DNA of 64,000 nucleotides, taken from the NCBI RefSeq assembly GCF_037042905.1, contig NC_087246.1, positions 2,420,001 to 2,484,000 of the forward strand, given 5' to 3'. The DNA comes from Lytechinus pictus. Taxonomy: Eukaryota. Each line of letters begins with the position of its first letter. Position 1 is the stretch's first letter. This document shows positions 39,601-51,400 of the stretch, piece by piece. The translations under genes and the position numbers were made by a program. The notes beneath the pieces are model-generated. The model was not told the DNA's origin. It saw nothing but the letters and a program-made list of their open reading frames with translations, and did not search any database.

Positions 39601-42017
39601 ATTTCGGGGTGTGATAATTCACAAGTCACAAGGGCGGGTCCAAATATTTCCCAGAGTGCCTATTATCAACATAACTACTGCATAATTCATTATTAGGCCT
39701 ACAAATACAGATCTTGTCAGAATTTGGATCAGAAAAGACATGGGAAATGAAAGTTTTGGCTAATTCGTTTTTATGTCGTATTTATTTGTTATTCATTCGT
39801 TCGTTCATTTATTAATATACAGTATATAATCAGTACTTAGTCATCCAATCGTGTATAAAGGGATGATACCATCAACTATCATTACACATCATTCGATAAT
39901 ATAAATATATTACATATATTAATACTATGACACTGTTTCTGCCAAACTACTTAACAAGTGTTTGATCAATATACTTACGCGATGAAAATATCATTGGCCT
40001 CACCACTTGGTGGTATCCAAATAAAGGAGATACTTAAATCTTTCAAATCGCTGTTTTGATGGGTGACAGCGTTGTTGCTTTGACCGCATGAGACTGTCTG
40101 GAAGTTTTGTGAGTCCGTTACTGACCATGAACCGACGATATCGTTGGAGCCCACTCGTCGGGCCAGGAGGAGAATACCTTTGAATTGTCCAGCGCCTTGA
40201 GCAGTACTGATTGTTACTAGATAAAGTCATTATGAAAACATAAATATACTTCAGATTAATAGAAATCATATATCCTGCTTCCCTGACTTTTCCTGTCATC
40301 AATGAGCAAATGAAGCGTGCCAACGTTTCAAATTCCTTGCTCTGGCCTGATTTATGCCTATTTTTTTTAAGGGGGTCAATTTGTCAAAAATTTGGTTTTC
40401 GCTGACAAAAAGCTAATTCTGGGGGGGGGGGTGAGGGGCTTCGGTCTCGCAGTCTACGAGTCCCTGTTTATTTGTTATCGAAAAACACAATCCATCTGTG
40501 TCTTTTCGAAAGAATTACTCTCGCCTTTTTAAAGATATTTTCCCTGTTTCTTATTTTCCCGACTTGGGAAGACAATATTATACTGCCGACTACACGGAAA
40601 ACAACAAGCAGACATTGTGCTTCACTCAACCCAGGTGAGGTGAAAAGGTAACTGGTAGGAATGTATTCCTTGAAATGCAGTGCCGGTATAACAGTTGCTC
40701 TGCTAATGAAAGGAAAATTATGCTGCATTAAAGTAGAGTGCATAGAGACTTAAATAGATAAATTAAGTGTTAAGCGCTATGTAAGCAAGTATAATCATTA
40801 TCACTTGACAAGAAAAGTGTATGCTAACGACTGATTCAAACATCCAACCATTTCTGTGATTTTCGATATTCAATTCTATTAAAGTTCCATTTATTACATA
40901 CAGGTCAATAGCTTGCAGTGTATAGTCCGGAGACTAATAATGCAACATTTATTTAAAGATTTTACATGTATAGTGGTGTTATAGAATTAAAAACCATCTT
41001 GCAAATACAGTTAGAGGATCTGTATTCAATAATTCCCGTACTGATGATTAAAATCTCAACATCGCTGGTTTTCAATTTCATTTGTCACTTTTATAGTGAG
41101 TCGTAATTGTTAATAAAATGAATTGAATAGTACAAAATTTCCGTAAAAGGGTTCTATTTAAGAAAAATAGCCTTGACCTAACATTTTTTCTGATATCATT
41201 ACTGACCATAAATGGATATTATCGCAACAGATTGTTTTTCTCTATTAAACGAAAGTTATGTAAATGTAAGCCTGTAATGTAACCCTGCATGAGGTAAAGC
41301 GTTACTTGTTTAGATACCAGAATAAACTTCAAATACCATTCTACTTTCTTATAACCACCCGTACCATTTTGTAAGTATTTGGTGACCCGCCCCCCATACC
41401 ATAAACGCGTCCTATGGAAATGTCCTTCTTAACCACTAAATATATTTTGATAGGCTTGACTGACATTTGTTTTAAATTTTAATTGCTCGGAAATGTTTCA
41501 ACACACCAAGTGAAGATATCAACAAGGGATGTATCATTAATATTTATTAAAAATTAAGAGAGAGCACGTCGAAATGACTTACAAGTCTCAAAATTTCCTG
41601 CCACTTTCAACTAGGTGTTTCCATTAATTTGAATAGATGTAACCTATTTAATAGTCTTACCTCAATATCTCTTGGAAAATCTAATCAAAAGGCCTATATG
41701 TGAAATGGAAGAAATTAATGCTTGACATGAAAATGTAGGTATAATCAAGGAAGCTCCTTGGTATAATATAATTATAATCAGTCGTACTGACCTGTAAGCG
41801 GTTGAGTAGGTGTATAAGTATCACCATTCACAATGATGGTATACGGGCTTAAATCCTGAGAAGGGTTTGAAAAGTGCTGTGGTGTCATCGTACTACAAAC
41901 ATCTGGGTTCATCGTGACTGGAGCCCCAGTGGATCGGGCCCCCACACAGTTATATTTCAACAAATAAGCGAAGAAAATGCCATTTAATAAGGCTACGAAT
42001 CCATCTCTTGGCGCCAT
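13841..42017 (-). CDS. Type I membrane protein: signal peptide + Reeler domain + 24 EGF-like repeats + S/T/P stalk + TM + ~45-aa cytoplasmic tail (~1269 aa)
   Basis: SP/Reeler exons 41792..42017, 39979..40216, 38865..38926. Phase 1-1 EGF exons 36208..36327, 34766..34885, 33370..33498, 32961..33089, 31431..31553, 29699..29824, 28236..28352, 27895..28011, 26569..26691, 26289..26411, 25803..25925, 25517..25639, 24345..24467, 24039..24155, 23354..23476, 22866..22988, 22172..22294, 21520..21636, 20710..20832, 19992..20108, 19457..19603, 17995..18126, 17313..17426, 16779..16889. Stalk 15687..15806, TM 14433..14517, tail 13841..13976. The exons sum to 3810 nt, in frame, ending in TAA. Joining all exons into one transcript is inferred. 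Confidence 0.85.
14670..15420. mobile_element. Cluster of four short palindromic MITEs
   Basis: GGGAGTGTTTCAT..ATGAAACACTCCC; two copies of GGCCC..ACACAAAG..CTTTGTGTTACGGGG; GGTGGGTGTT..GAAACACCCACC. Related elements occur near 8793, 16416, 26045, 31146 and 37745. Confidence 0.7.
18640..18840. mobile_element. Short CAGTGCGTCC-family MITE/palindrome
   Basis: TIR pair with TA flanks; an additional right-end copy finishes at 19339. Confidence 0.75.
27642..27755. mobile_element. 114-bp hairpin MITE, hAT-like
   Basis: Near-perfect palindrome CAGTGGCGGACCGTGACCCGGAGG.. with 8-bp TSD CTTGTATG at 27634..27641 and 27756..27763. Confidence 0.9.
28678..29403. mobile_element. Tc1/mariner-like MITE
   Basis: TIR AACCCCTAAAAAAAAGTTTGGAAATCTGA / TCAGATTTCCAAACTTTTTTGAGGAGTT with TA flanks. 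Confidence 0.7.
30497..30912. repeat. Polypurine tract with (GAAA)n microsatellite
   Basis: About 400 bp of almost pure A/G, with a perfect (GAAA)n run at ~30630-30693. Confidence 0.9.
31731..32372 (-). mobile_element. 5'-truncated non-LTR retrotransposon with restriction-like endonuclease (R2 group; HERO/NeSL-like), ORF end plus 3' UTR
   Basis: ORF 32061..32378 [43 protein letters not shown] matches the RLE C-terminal pattern (PxE.NI..AH..K..KY..L...G..V...P.E.GxRG). It is followed by a UTR with a 116-bp tandem duplication, AATAAA and an A-rich tail. Confidence 0.75.
33939..34686. mobile_element. Second copy of the 3585..4388 MITE, right TIR truncated
   Basis: Highly similar throughout to 3585..4320 and lacks roughly the last 70 bp. 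Confidence 0.85.
35316..35436 (-). pseudogene. Dead EGF exon (pseudo-exon) in the Reeler-EGF gene
   Basis: Near-identical to the exons at 36208 and 34766, but 121 nt long (extra C after the codons for PPY) and the donor GTAAG has changed to ATAAG. Confidence 0.85.
35673..35842 (+). mobile_element. SINE with 7SL(SRP RNA)/Alu-like 5' head, tRNA-type B box and (CA)n tail
   Basis: Head AGCGTTGTGGCGTGCGCCTGTAATCCAAGCTA, B box GGTTCGAGCCC, tail ACACACACACACA, and 8-bp TSD CCCCCTTG at 35665..35672 and 35843..35850. Confidence 0.75.
36634..37113. mobile_element. TTAA-flanked non-autonomous DNA transposon (Kolobok/piggyBac-like target)
   Basis: TTAA|AGGGGAAGTTCACCC..GGGTTAACTACCCCT|TTAA. A related degenerate copy lies at ~60232-60700. 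Confidence 0.75.
38865..42017 (-). CDS. Signal peptide and Reeler domain exons of the Reeler-EGF membrane protein
   Basis: [51 protein letters not shown] / [41 protein letters not shown] / [16 protein letters not shown]. This follows the Reeler consensus pattern (GAP..C..M.P.H, FKGF...AR, G.W, C..VTH..K, W..P, AT.V....FW). Confidence 0.9.
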
Positions 42018-44839
42018 ATTCAACCTAGTCACTTAAACCCGGTCGTGCTGAAGAGAATTGACCTCCAACGTGCCCAGCGGCAGTTTCGCCTCCGTTGTTT
42101 AACCTTCAACGATAGAACATCTTGCTCGTTGGTATATAAATATAGATATTATTATTCTATCCTTGATAGATGTATATATATCGGTCAGACTTTCGTAAGA
42201 TGCTGTGGGAATTTTCTTTCTTCCTAATAAACACAACGAAGACGGATAAACCTGAATATATTTCGTTTTGAAGGCGTTCGTAGCCTAAGATTTTGGGGCA
42301 TCTTCTATCTAGTTATCAATTTAATTTCCATTAGTTCTTATTCTTCATCTTTCTTGATTTTCCGTCGATCCATATGTTTTTAGAACCTGCACATATTGAA
42401 CAGTTGAACGGTATGTCATCATTGACATTTTCAACATCACCACCGCCTCAACCACCACCCCCCTTACCACTCTCGCCGCCGTCTCCTCCTCATTATTTCT
42501 TCCTTCCTCCCATGATCCTTTCATTCTTCTTTCCTACGTTCATCCTTAATTCCTTCCTTCAGTTTAATTATACCAAGCTTTAAATGAAATAACACAAAAA
42601 TCACCTCGCTTCATCAGTGCTTTATTTATCGTTAAATGTCCACGGATCAGCTTGCTTCTGGATAAATTATTTGTATCTTCTCTCTCTCTCTTTGTTCAAT
42701 TTAAAGATTACTGGATTGTTCTTGTGGGCAAGTGATTTTTTTAACCATCTAGGCTAATCTACCTAATTTGAATGAACCTCATGATTTACTTGAAATTGTG
42801 CAAACACGCTAGCTTTCTACGCCCAAATACAATGTCTTTACCCCTCGTAGTCTAAGCACGACGAAGCACGATCGACGTTCTTGTTATCACAGTCCAAGGC
42901 ACATGTGTCAAAGAAAACACGGCTGTAATAAGTTCAAACCGCCGTCATTGTAAGGTGTGCGAAGACAATGATCATTTCATGATGGCCAACATGTACTGTA
43001 TATTCCTCATGAACATAGAACTTAGTCATAGACAAGTATTTGCTGTAGGCATATATTTTTGTTTCAATGACTATGACAATGCGTCATGTCATTCAGCATT
43101 GCAATTTGTATCTTACTTTTGGTTACATGATATACAAGGAAAATAGAATAGGGTGGATGAAATGATATCAAAAGAGTGCTAGATGATACAGACAGATTGC
43201 TTTTCTGTGGCGTAATGAGTCAAGAAGATTTGACAGGGCCAAACATGGCGTATCGGGGCAAATTTTTAATAAAGTTGCAAGCGAGCGGAGCGAGCGAGCA
43301 AAAAATTTGATCATTTTAGTACAAAAATCTAATTTCGGAATAGATTTTGACGCAATATTCGGAAAATTATATATCACCATGCTCAACAACAGTAACATGA
43401 TTACGCTGAATTGATAATATATAAAATATATAGACATTGTAATTTTTGCTACTGATATTATCGATACTTCTGAATCGCTTTCATTATTTTATTTATTATT
43501 GATATTATATTTAATGTTATTCCGTTGCTATCATTATTGTTTAATTCATCATGACATCCTAGAGTTCACAAGTATTTTATAACACATGGGTATATCACAT
43601 ACCATTACTAATAAGTGATAAAATCTACAAATTCTTTGTTTATTGGTGTTACTATTTCATTTCCGTTAATGATACGAGTATCAATATTATCAAAATCATC
43701 TGCTCTCTATAATGCTACTTAAATCAAACTAGTATTTCTACCTACTATTAGAACGCAGTTTTTTTTTCCAAATCAAGATAAATTGTGCCCAACCAAAAGT
43801 TTTTCATAAAATTGCAATTGGTATATCATTCTATGAAATTTATATATCAATTTATACTTTCTGGTACACGATTTAGTCAAAGCATGAATTTCAATTTTGA
43901 ATCCGTGGCAAGTATTGGTGTTTTGTTGATTTTGGGACATTTGACTTTTACTTTTAACAAAGAAATGAGCAAAGTTTTTGCTGAGCTTAAATGTTTACAT
44001 GTACAACATGGTTGTAACTCTAAAATATCTGTGTGCTACATGCTCACCTCTTCAAATCATATTTGTGAAATCTTAAAAAAAAAAAAACTTATAACAGTAG
44101 TAAGTAGTTAAAGTAAAATAAATTTGTTCGTTATAGATAATGGGAGATAAAAAATAATCAAAATGAAAGTGAATAAAAGTGTTCAACCAGATTATGAAAG
44201 GCCAAGTAGAAACGGATTCGATACCAAACCAATATTGTCAGAAGTTGATATCGCTTGATACCACTTTTCTATTTAAGGTTGCTTAGTAATACTTACTTGC
44301 TGGAAAAATATGGAAAGATTTTTATTTTTATTTTAGATCTTCACGTTTAGCTAACAAACCTTTACTTGTAGGCATATTTTCTATTATAGCTTAATACACG
44401 AACAATTGTTTTTATTCTTCAATCTCGTTTATATATCTGTGTTTATGTTCCTTCTATGATAGACTAAATCTCTCTCTTTTGCATATAACTGAATTATTCT
44501 TAATCTGAAGCACTATATTATTCATGCTCATCATAAGTTTGTTTTAGTCTTTTCATTAACTTGTTTTGATCTGATCACATTTTCAAGAAAAAGTTCAATT
44601 CTCTCTTCATTTTAACGGATTGAACTTAAATATTTTCAGGATGGCTCTTTCCCGAATATTCATTTCTTCCCCTCTGTAATTAATGAAATGTTTAAATAGA
44701 AATGGGATAATAAAGTTAAACTTTGATCAATAACTTATGAAATTTAAAAAAGAACAACGACAAATAGAAACTTAAGCTACGTCTTACTATACAAGAGTTA
44801 GATTAATCCTATCCATATGAAGCATTCTGTCAATAGGTT

Positions 44840-47800
44840 TCAAGCGATGATCAACTTGCTTATTACAAGGACAAGTCCTAAAGCCGAAATTGTGAGTATA
44901 TAGCTGTACGAAAGGACTGATCCTTCGCCTTCAGTCGTCATCGAATCTCCAGGTGGCATGGTTGTTATTGAGTTCCCTTCTTCAGTGGCCATAGAATCTT
45001 CTGCATCGAAAAAAAAAATAAAATTATTCAGTTTACTAAACGTATTACTTAATTGGATACGTAATATATCCCGCAAACATGATCTGGGGAAATTATCGGA
45101 ATCAGAATATGATTATTTTGTGTCGCTGGGGAGGGAATACCGATGCTTCACTCGTGTAAAGCTCTCCTTCATTTCTCCGTTCCACCACTGTAAACTGCAA
45201 AGTATTAAATTTTTATATATGTCTGTTATTGTAGTATATAATAGGAACCTAGCTGATCGTATCTGGCGAAGGACACCGACGCTTGGATTTACATTATCAT
45301 TATTTCTTGTGCCTTTTCTATAATATGTGGTAATGAGATGTTTTAAGTGGACAGTCAACCTGCCCAACACATCGAGTGTACTCTCCTGCTCCTGCTACCA
45401 CTCTATATACTCGCTGACTCACACCAGCCCTCTCTCACCTACTCAAGCCTGTCTACTATACTCAGCTTTCCACTCCTTCTGGTTTATAGTCCTTTAGCTA
45501 CACTCATTTCGAAAATATTACTCTACTTTCAAACCTCCACTTTCTCGCCTTTCAAATTCACCTCCGATTATATCCACTTTTCTTATCTCAGTCCCTCCAG
45601 AACTTCACACATGGTGTACCGTAAACCCATTCCGCAATCTGTAATATTATTTTTTTTAATAGAAAAAGGGAGGGACCTAGAAAACCATATTTGTTTTAGA
45701 TTGTTTACCTTGAGAAAAATACTGCTTGTTTTCTGTCTGAAAGAAAGCTTTTAAACCAGAGGAGTTCAGTGTAAAAAATGCCATGATTATTCAGTTTAAA
45801 AAGTAAAAGTTTATGGTCGATACAATCAAAACATTTAGAAATATCAATGAACCGTGCACCAACTTTCTCTTTTTCATTAAAAGATTCGAACCAATCATTA
45901 ATAATTCAAAATACTACAAAATAATTTACCGATGGAGCTTTAGAGGCATGTATACCTCGATAGTTTGCAGGGTTGGTTATTGAGCCTAGGCATGTATAAA
46001 AAAAACTTAAATAAAAGAAAGCACCTGGTTGTGATGCGATTCTAAATGAAATGTTGAAAACAAGAATATCCCATTTTTTTACAAGTGTTAGCAAAAAAAT
46101 TAATTTAGTCCTCGTATTAGTGGAAACTTTCCTCAAAATTGGTCAGAAAGTCATTATACCATTATTCAAAGCAGGGTCTAAAACCAACCCTGTAAAATAT
46201 CGAACTATATGCCTCTCAAGCTTCATAAACGTCTGATAAAATACCTTATGATAATGATACTTATTTTAATAACCAAATAGGATTCAAGGAAGGCCATCGA
46301 ACTTCAGATCACTTTACATCAGATTTACTTTAAAGGCCATCATTGACAAATACGTAAGAACACAGAAGGTGGAGGAAAAGTGTCATATACATGATATATA
46401 TCTGTTTTTTTTCGATCTTTGTAAAGCATTTGACAGTATATGGAGAAATGGCCTATTTTATAAAATGATGAAGAGGCAATTTTTATGAGATTGTAACTAA
46501 CATGTATATAAAAAAATAAGTTGAGTGTTAAGCTGAATGAAGGGATTACTGAGAATTTTGGAAGCAATTGTTGTGTAAAACAAGGATGTACATTAAGTCC
46601 AATCCTTTTCAACCTCTATCTAAATGACTTGCCTCATGAGTTGGGAATCACTGATACTGATCACATTGAGTTGAATGGAAAGTTAGTCAACTGTTTAATG
46701 TATTCAGATGACATTGTATTGGTATCAAAATCAAGGAGTGGAATGCTGGCTATCGGCTCTAGTGACTAGACTATTCATCACGAGAAATTCCTTGATAATA
46801 AATATGATTTAAAGTTCAAGTCCAACCAAGAAAAATCGATAGGGAAAAATCTAACGAGCATAATGTTGAAAATTTCACCAAATTCGGATGTAAATTAAGA
46901 AAATTTAAAAGTTTCGCTTATTTTTCACAAAATAGTTATATGCAGAAGTCAGTGACATGCAAATAAGAGAGTTGATGATGTCCCTCGCTCACTATTTATT
47001 TTGTTTTGTTTTTTGTTTGAATTAACAAATTTGACAAACTTGACTGAACCATAAAATGTTTAAAAAATGGTAATTCCACATATTCAGGGGAAAAAAATCT
47101 TTCACATTGCCATGAGTAGAAAATTCGAATATTTCATATTTCATATAATAAAATACAAAATAAATATTAAGTGGTAGACTTGTCCTTCAAGAAAGTTGAA
47201 GATAATTTATTCCCATAATGAGAATATGTGGGTCTACATGATGGGAACGACTTTTTATTCTGCCGGACCCAGCTAGCATAAAACATTAAGATGTCATTAT
47301 TATGTAAGGTTATGAGAACAATTATAAAATGTAATAATATATTTTGTATAACATTAAGCAATACATTTGTTTTTGCTCTCTTGGAAACGTTATAACAATA
47401 TTGGAGTAACATTAAAAGCGGACATATTTTTTTTCAAAAGTATTACATTTCCGACTAAAAAAAGGAGCTAGATGCCTAATGCCATGTTGTATTAAGGTCA
47501 TACCAAAAGAAACCCCCACTATGTTATAAACATATCTGAGATCTTTGAGAAATGTAATAAAAACACATGCTTCCCAGAATTAAAAGCAGAGAGAGTGACA
47601 TGAATTTTCTGAAATCAGATGCATAATTTTACAGATTTTATGCATTGATTAATGGGTGACATGAGGTGATAAAAGACACAAGCACATCATTTATATAAAA
47701 AAAAAGGGCCTCTAATTTATAATCAAGAGAAAATACTTAGAGACGCCCTCACATTAATTTCCCATTCGTAAAACTTACTTCGACACCATATAGATATATT

Positions 47801-48382
47801 ATTAATTATATATCTGTGGCAAAAAGAAGCTGCTGAAAACTGCTTATCTAATAAAAGAGAGCCAATGGAGTAAATTAGAAAGTCAAAAGGGGCCTAAGCT
47901 TTCGATCCTAGCAGAATCTTCGTCGGAGGCAAAATGACAAACATATAAAGTGGAATAACCATAATTATAATTATATATCTGTGTTCGACACACACCAAAA
48001 CACATCTAATATGCATATACCTGCAGATTGTCAACGATTGATCACTCACCCCACACACCACACTTCTCCCCACTTCTCACACATACTCCTGAAAAACCTC
48101 TCTCAGTTTACACACACCCTCAACAGCTAATCTTGCCTTGTTTCATATAGATTTGATCAACTGAAATGCAGATCTAGAGCCACACCTCGACCTTCACCCT
48201 ATTCGGTCTCATTCGATACAGGTGTAACATTGCAAAGGTTTTCTCATGATTTATTTTGCTCTGTTACAAAGTAGCAAAGCAATTTTCTCATAATCCCTGT
48301 TACACATACACAGTATCAGCTCATATATCCCCCTTCCCCGCCCTTACACACACAACACATACACAACCTACCAATCCTCGGG

Positions 48383-48418
<36 letters not shown>

Positions 48419-51400
48419 AAGTTCACACCTAGTTACCAACAATGGCATATAGCATTTCCATTTATTTTAAAGCAGGTAAAAGAGCATTGTAGATTAAATG
48501 CCTTGCTCACGGGCATAGCTGCCGCGGCCGAGGATCGAACCCCGGACTTTTTCATGCGTAGTCAGGCGCCTTAGACCACTCGGCCACGGCACCTCCACGG
48601 GTACCCTTACACACACACACCCACACACACCCTCTCACACACACACACCCACGTATACTCCATAAAAGAAACATGATATGACCTTAAACTGTAGTACATT
48701 AATGCCTTCAAAAATAGAACCAACGAAGGTGCATATTTATCCTTGTTAAAAATGTGTATATGGCCAAATGATATGGAATGGTGATGTAAATCATGATAAA
48801 AGCCACTTACCTGAAATAACTGAAGATGCTACTTTTATCCAATATGTTTGGAAATCTTGTACAAAGGTGGCACTGGATAAAGAAAAGTCACATATATTTC
48901 AAGCTTCACCCAAACAACACAAATTTCATACAGTGCGTCCTTAAAGGTCAAGTCCACCTCAGAAAAATGTTGATTTGAATCAATAGAGAAAAAGCAGACA
49001 AGCATAATGCTAAAAATTTCATCAAAATCGGATGTAAAATAAGAAAGTTATGAGATTTTAAAGTTTCACTTATTTTTCACAAAATAGTTATATGCACAAT
49101 TTAGTCACATGCAAATGAAAGAATCTATGATGTCCCTCACTCACCATTATTTCTTTTTTATTGTTTGAATTATACAATATTTCAATTTTTACAGATTTGA
49201 CAATAAGGGCCAACTTGACTAAACCAAAAATGTTAAACAATGGTAATTTCAGGGAGAAATAAAGCTTTGTGTCACATGACAATGAGGAGAAAATTAGAAT
49301 ATTTCATATTTCATATAATAAAATAAAAAAGAAATAGTGAGTGAGTGATACCATCAGTTCCCCCATTTGCATACCGACCAGGGTGGGCATATAACTGTTT
49401 TCTGAAATTAAGCAAAACTTTAATGTCATAAGTTTCTTATTTTACACCCGATGTTGATGAAATTTTCAGTGTTAGGCTTGTTGGATTTTTTCTCTTTTTA
49501 TTCATGTCAACTTCAAAAAAAATAAACAGAGAAAGTTGGTAGTTTTTTAATCAAAAATATATATCACATTTATAACAAAGAAACGATGTATCCTCTTTAA
49601 ATAAATGAAACATTAATATTTTAATGCAATCAACAAGTCAAATATCTTCAGTATTTGGTTTTCATGGATAGGGTGGATGGCTCGCTCTTATATCCGGCTA
49701 GAATGGTTAACGGAGTTTAAGAAGAATTGCACAAGTCAAGATTCCCGTGATGGGGTGAGGGGTCACTCGGAGTGAATACATAGACAATGGAATTTTTTCG
49801 AAAATTAATGTTTTATACACCTTTTCTATAATTCCAGTGTACAGTTCTATAATGGAATTAGCTCAATAAATTAAAATGAGATTTCCACGAAAGATCACTA
49901 TCAACATGAACTTATATAAGAATTTAGTACTGTGGGTACTTGGGTAAGCATGATATCATTAAAAGGTCAGATATTTTGGAAGTGCGGTTAAAAAATCACA
50001 CTTGTTTTTTTTTTTTTTCAGAAAATGTGTTAGCATGAATCAAGGACTGAACGGATAAAAATTCTTTATTTACTCATATCTACTGAACTATAATAGGTAT
50101 CACTGAGTTACTCAGCAAAGTAAAAAAAAACATAAGCATGGTTATATAAGGATAATCAGTTTTTGAAATCATAAATGCATAAGAATAAACAAAAGCAGGC
50201 ATCGAATGTAGCCTTGTGGGACTCCACATATAGCAAATTTTAACTCTGAGTCACAACTTTTGATACTTAAAAAATGTTTTCTACGAGTTAAATAATCAGT
50301 GAATCAATCGATGGTATGCCACAAATACCGCAACGGTGTAATTTGGAAATTAACTCTCATGATTAATAGAGTTAAAAGGTTTTTCGAGACACGATGTCTA
50401 TTGCATGAGCTGTTTCATCAATAAAACAAAATAATGCACTAGATGTAAAGTGGTATTTCCTGAAAACAAACTGATTTTCAGATTGAATCTTACATTTGAT
50501 AAGAAAATCACGGTTGTGCGTGTAAACCAACCTTTTAAGAATTATTATCTCTTTTTGAAAACAAATGAATTACTTTAATTTGCTGTAATTTTTGCTTACA
50601 TTTTCACAAAACACACAGCAACTCCAGACGAAAACATAATCTGATGGTGAAAATTTGTTTGCACCCATAAGTCCCTTTTGGCAGATAAGACATTTTTTCT
50701 CGTTCGCCCCAAATATATGTTTTATGAAATATGAACACCTATATGCGTCACTTAGTTATCGTTGGGTATATTACATGCTATTTTTAAAGTCATTATTTTC
50801 AAAAATTTTAGCCTCGTTAATGATTATCCTGTTGCTACTTTTATCAGTATCATGGTTGTTGAACGAAGTACGCTACAGGTTGTTTTCTTGAGGGCCATCC
50901 CTGTTCCACAATGTACACGGATGTATACTGATAATGATACTTACACTGCATAAACATTTTGTCCTCCCACATCGGTTGGAGTCCATGTAAAACTAATGGG
51001 CAGGGTCTTGGGGTTTGCATTCTTATGAGTAACAGCTTTGTCGTTGTTTCCGTTACACGATACAGTCTGGAAGTTGTCCGTGTCACTGACAGACCATGAC
51101 CCAACGATTTCCTTTGTAGCAGCATTACGCATTTGGAGCAGGAGCCCTTTCAAACTTTCACTTGGACCGCTGATTTCGACTTGGATGGAGATGAAAATGA
51201 AATTATGCCCTATTAGATAGTCTACTTCTATATGATGTAAGAATGAATTCTTTAACGCCAATACTTTTAATACTGCCTAAAATGTAATAATAGGCCTTTG
51301 GGAAAATGTTACAGTACTCAGAAAAATTACTACCCACTTGTTTCATGGAAAGGCGCCAGAAGCTAGGGGGCAGAGGGGACACTTGCCTCCCTGTAAAATG

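Noticed and set aside
13841..42017. Assignment as Notch, fibropellin, Delta/Jagged or reelin
   Set aside because: No LNR/ankyrin, CUB/avidin, DSL or reelin-repeat exons were seen; the similarity is limited to generic EGF repeats.
42133..42144. TATA box for the Reeler-EGF gene
   Set aside because: A TATA-like run lies ~115 nt upstream of the ATG, but such runs are too common in this AT-rich DNA to call without TSS data.
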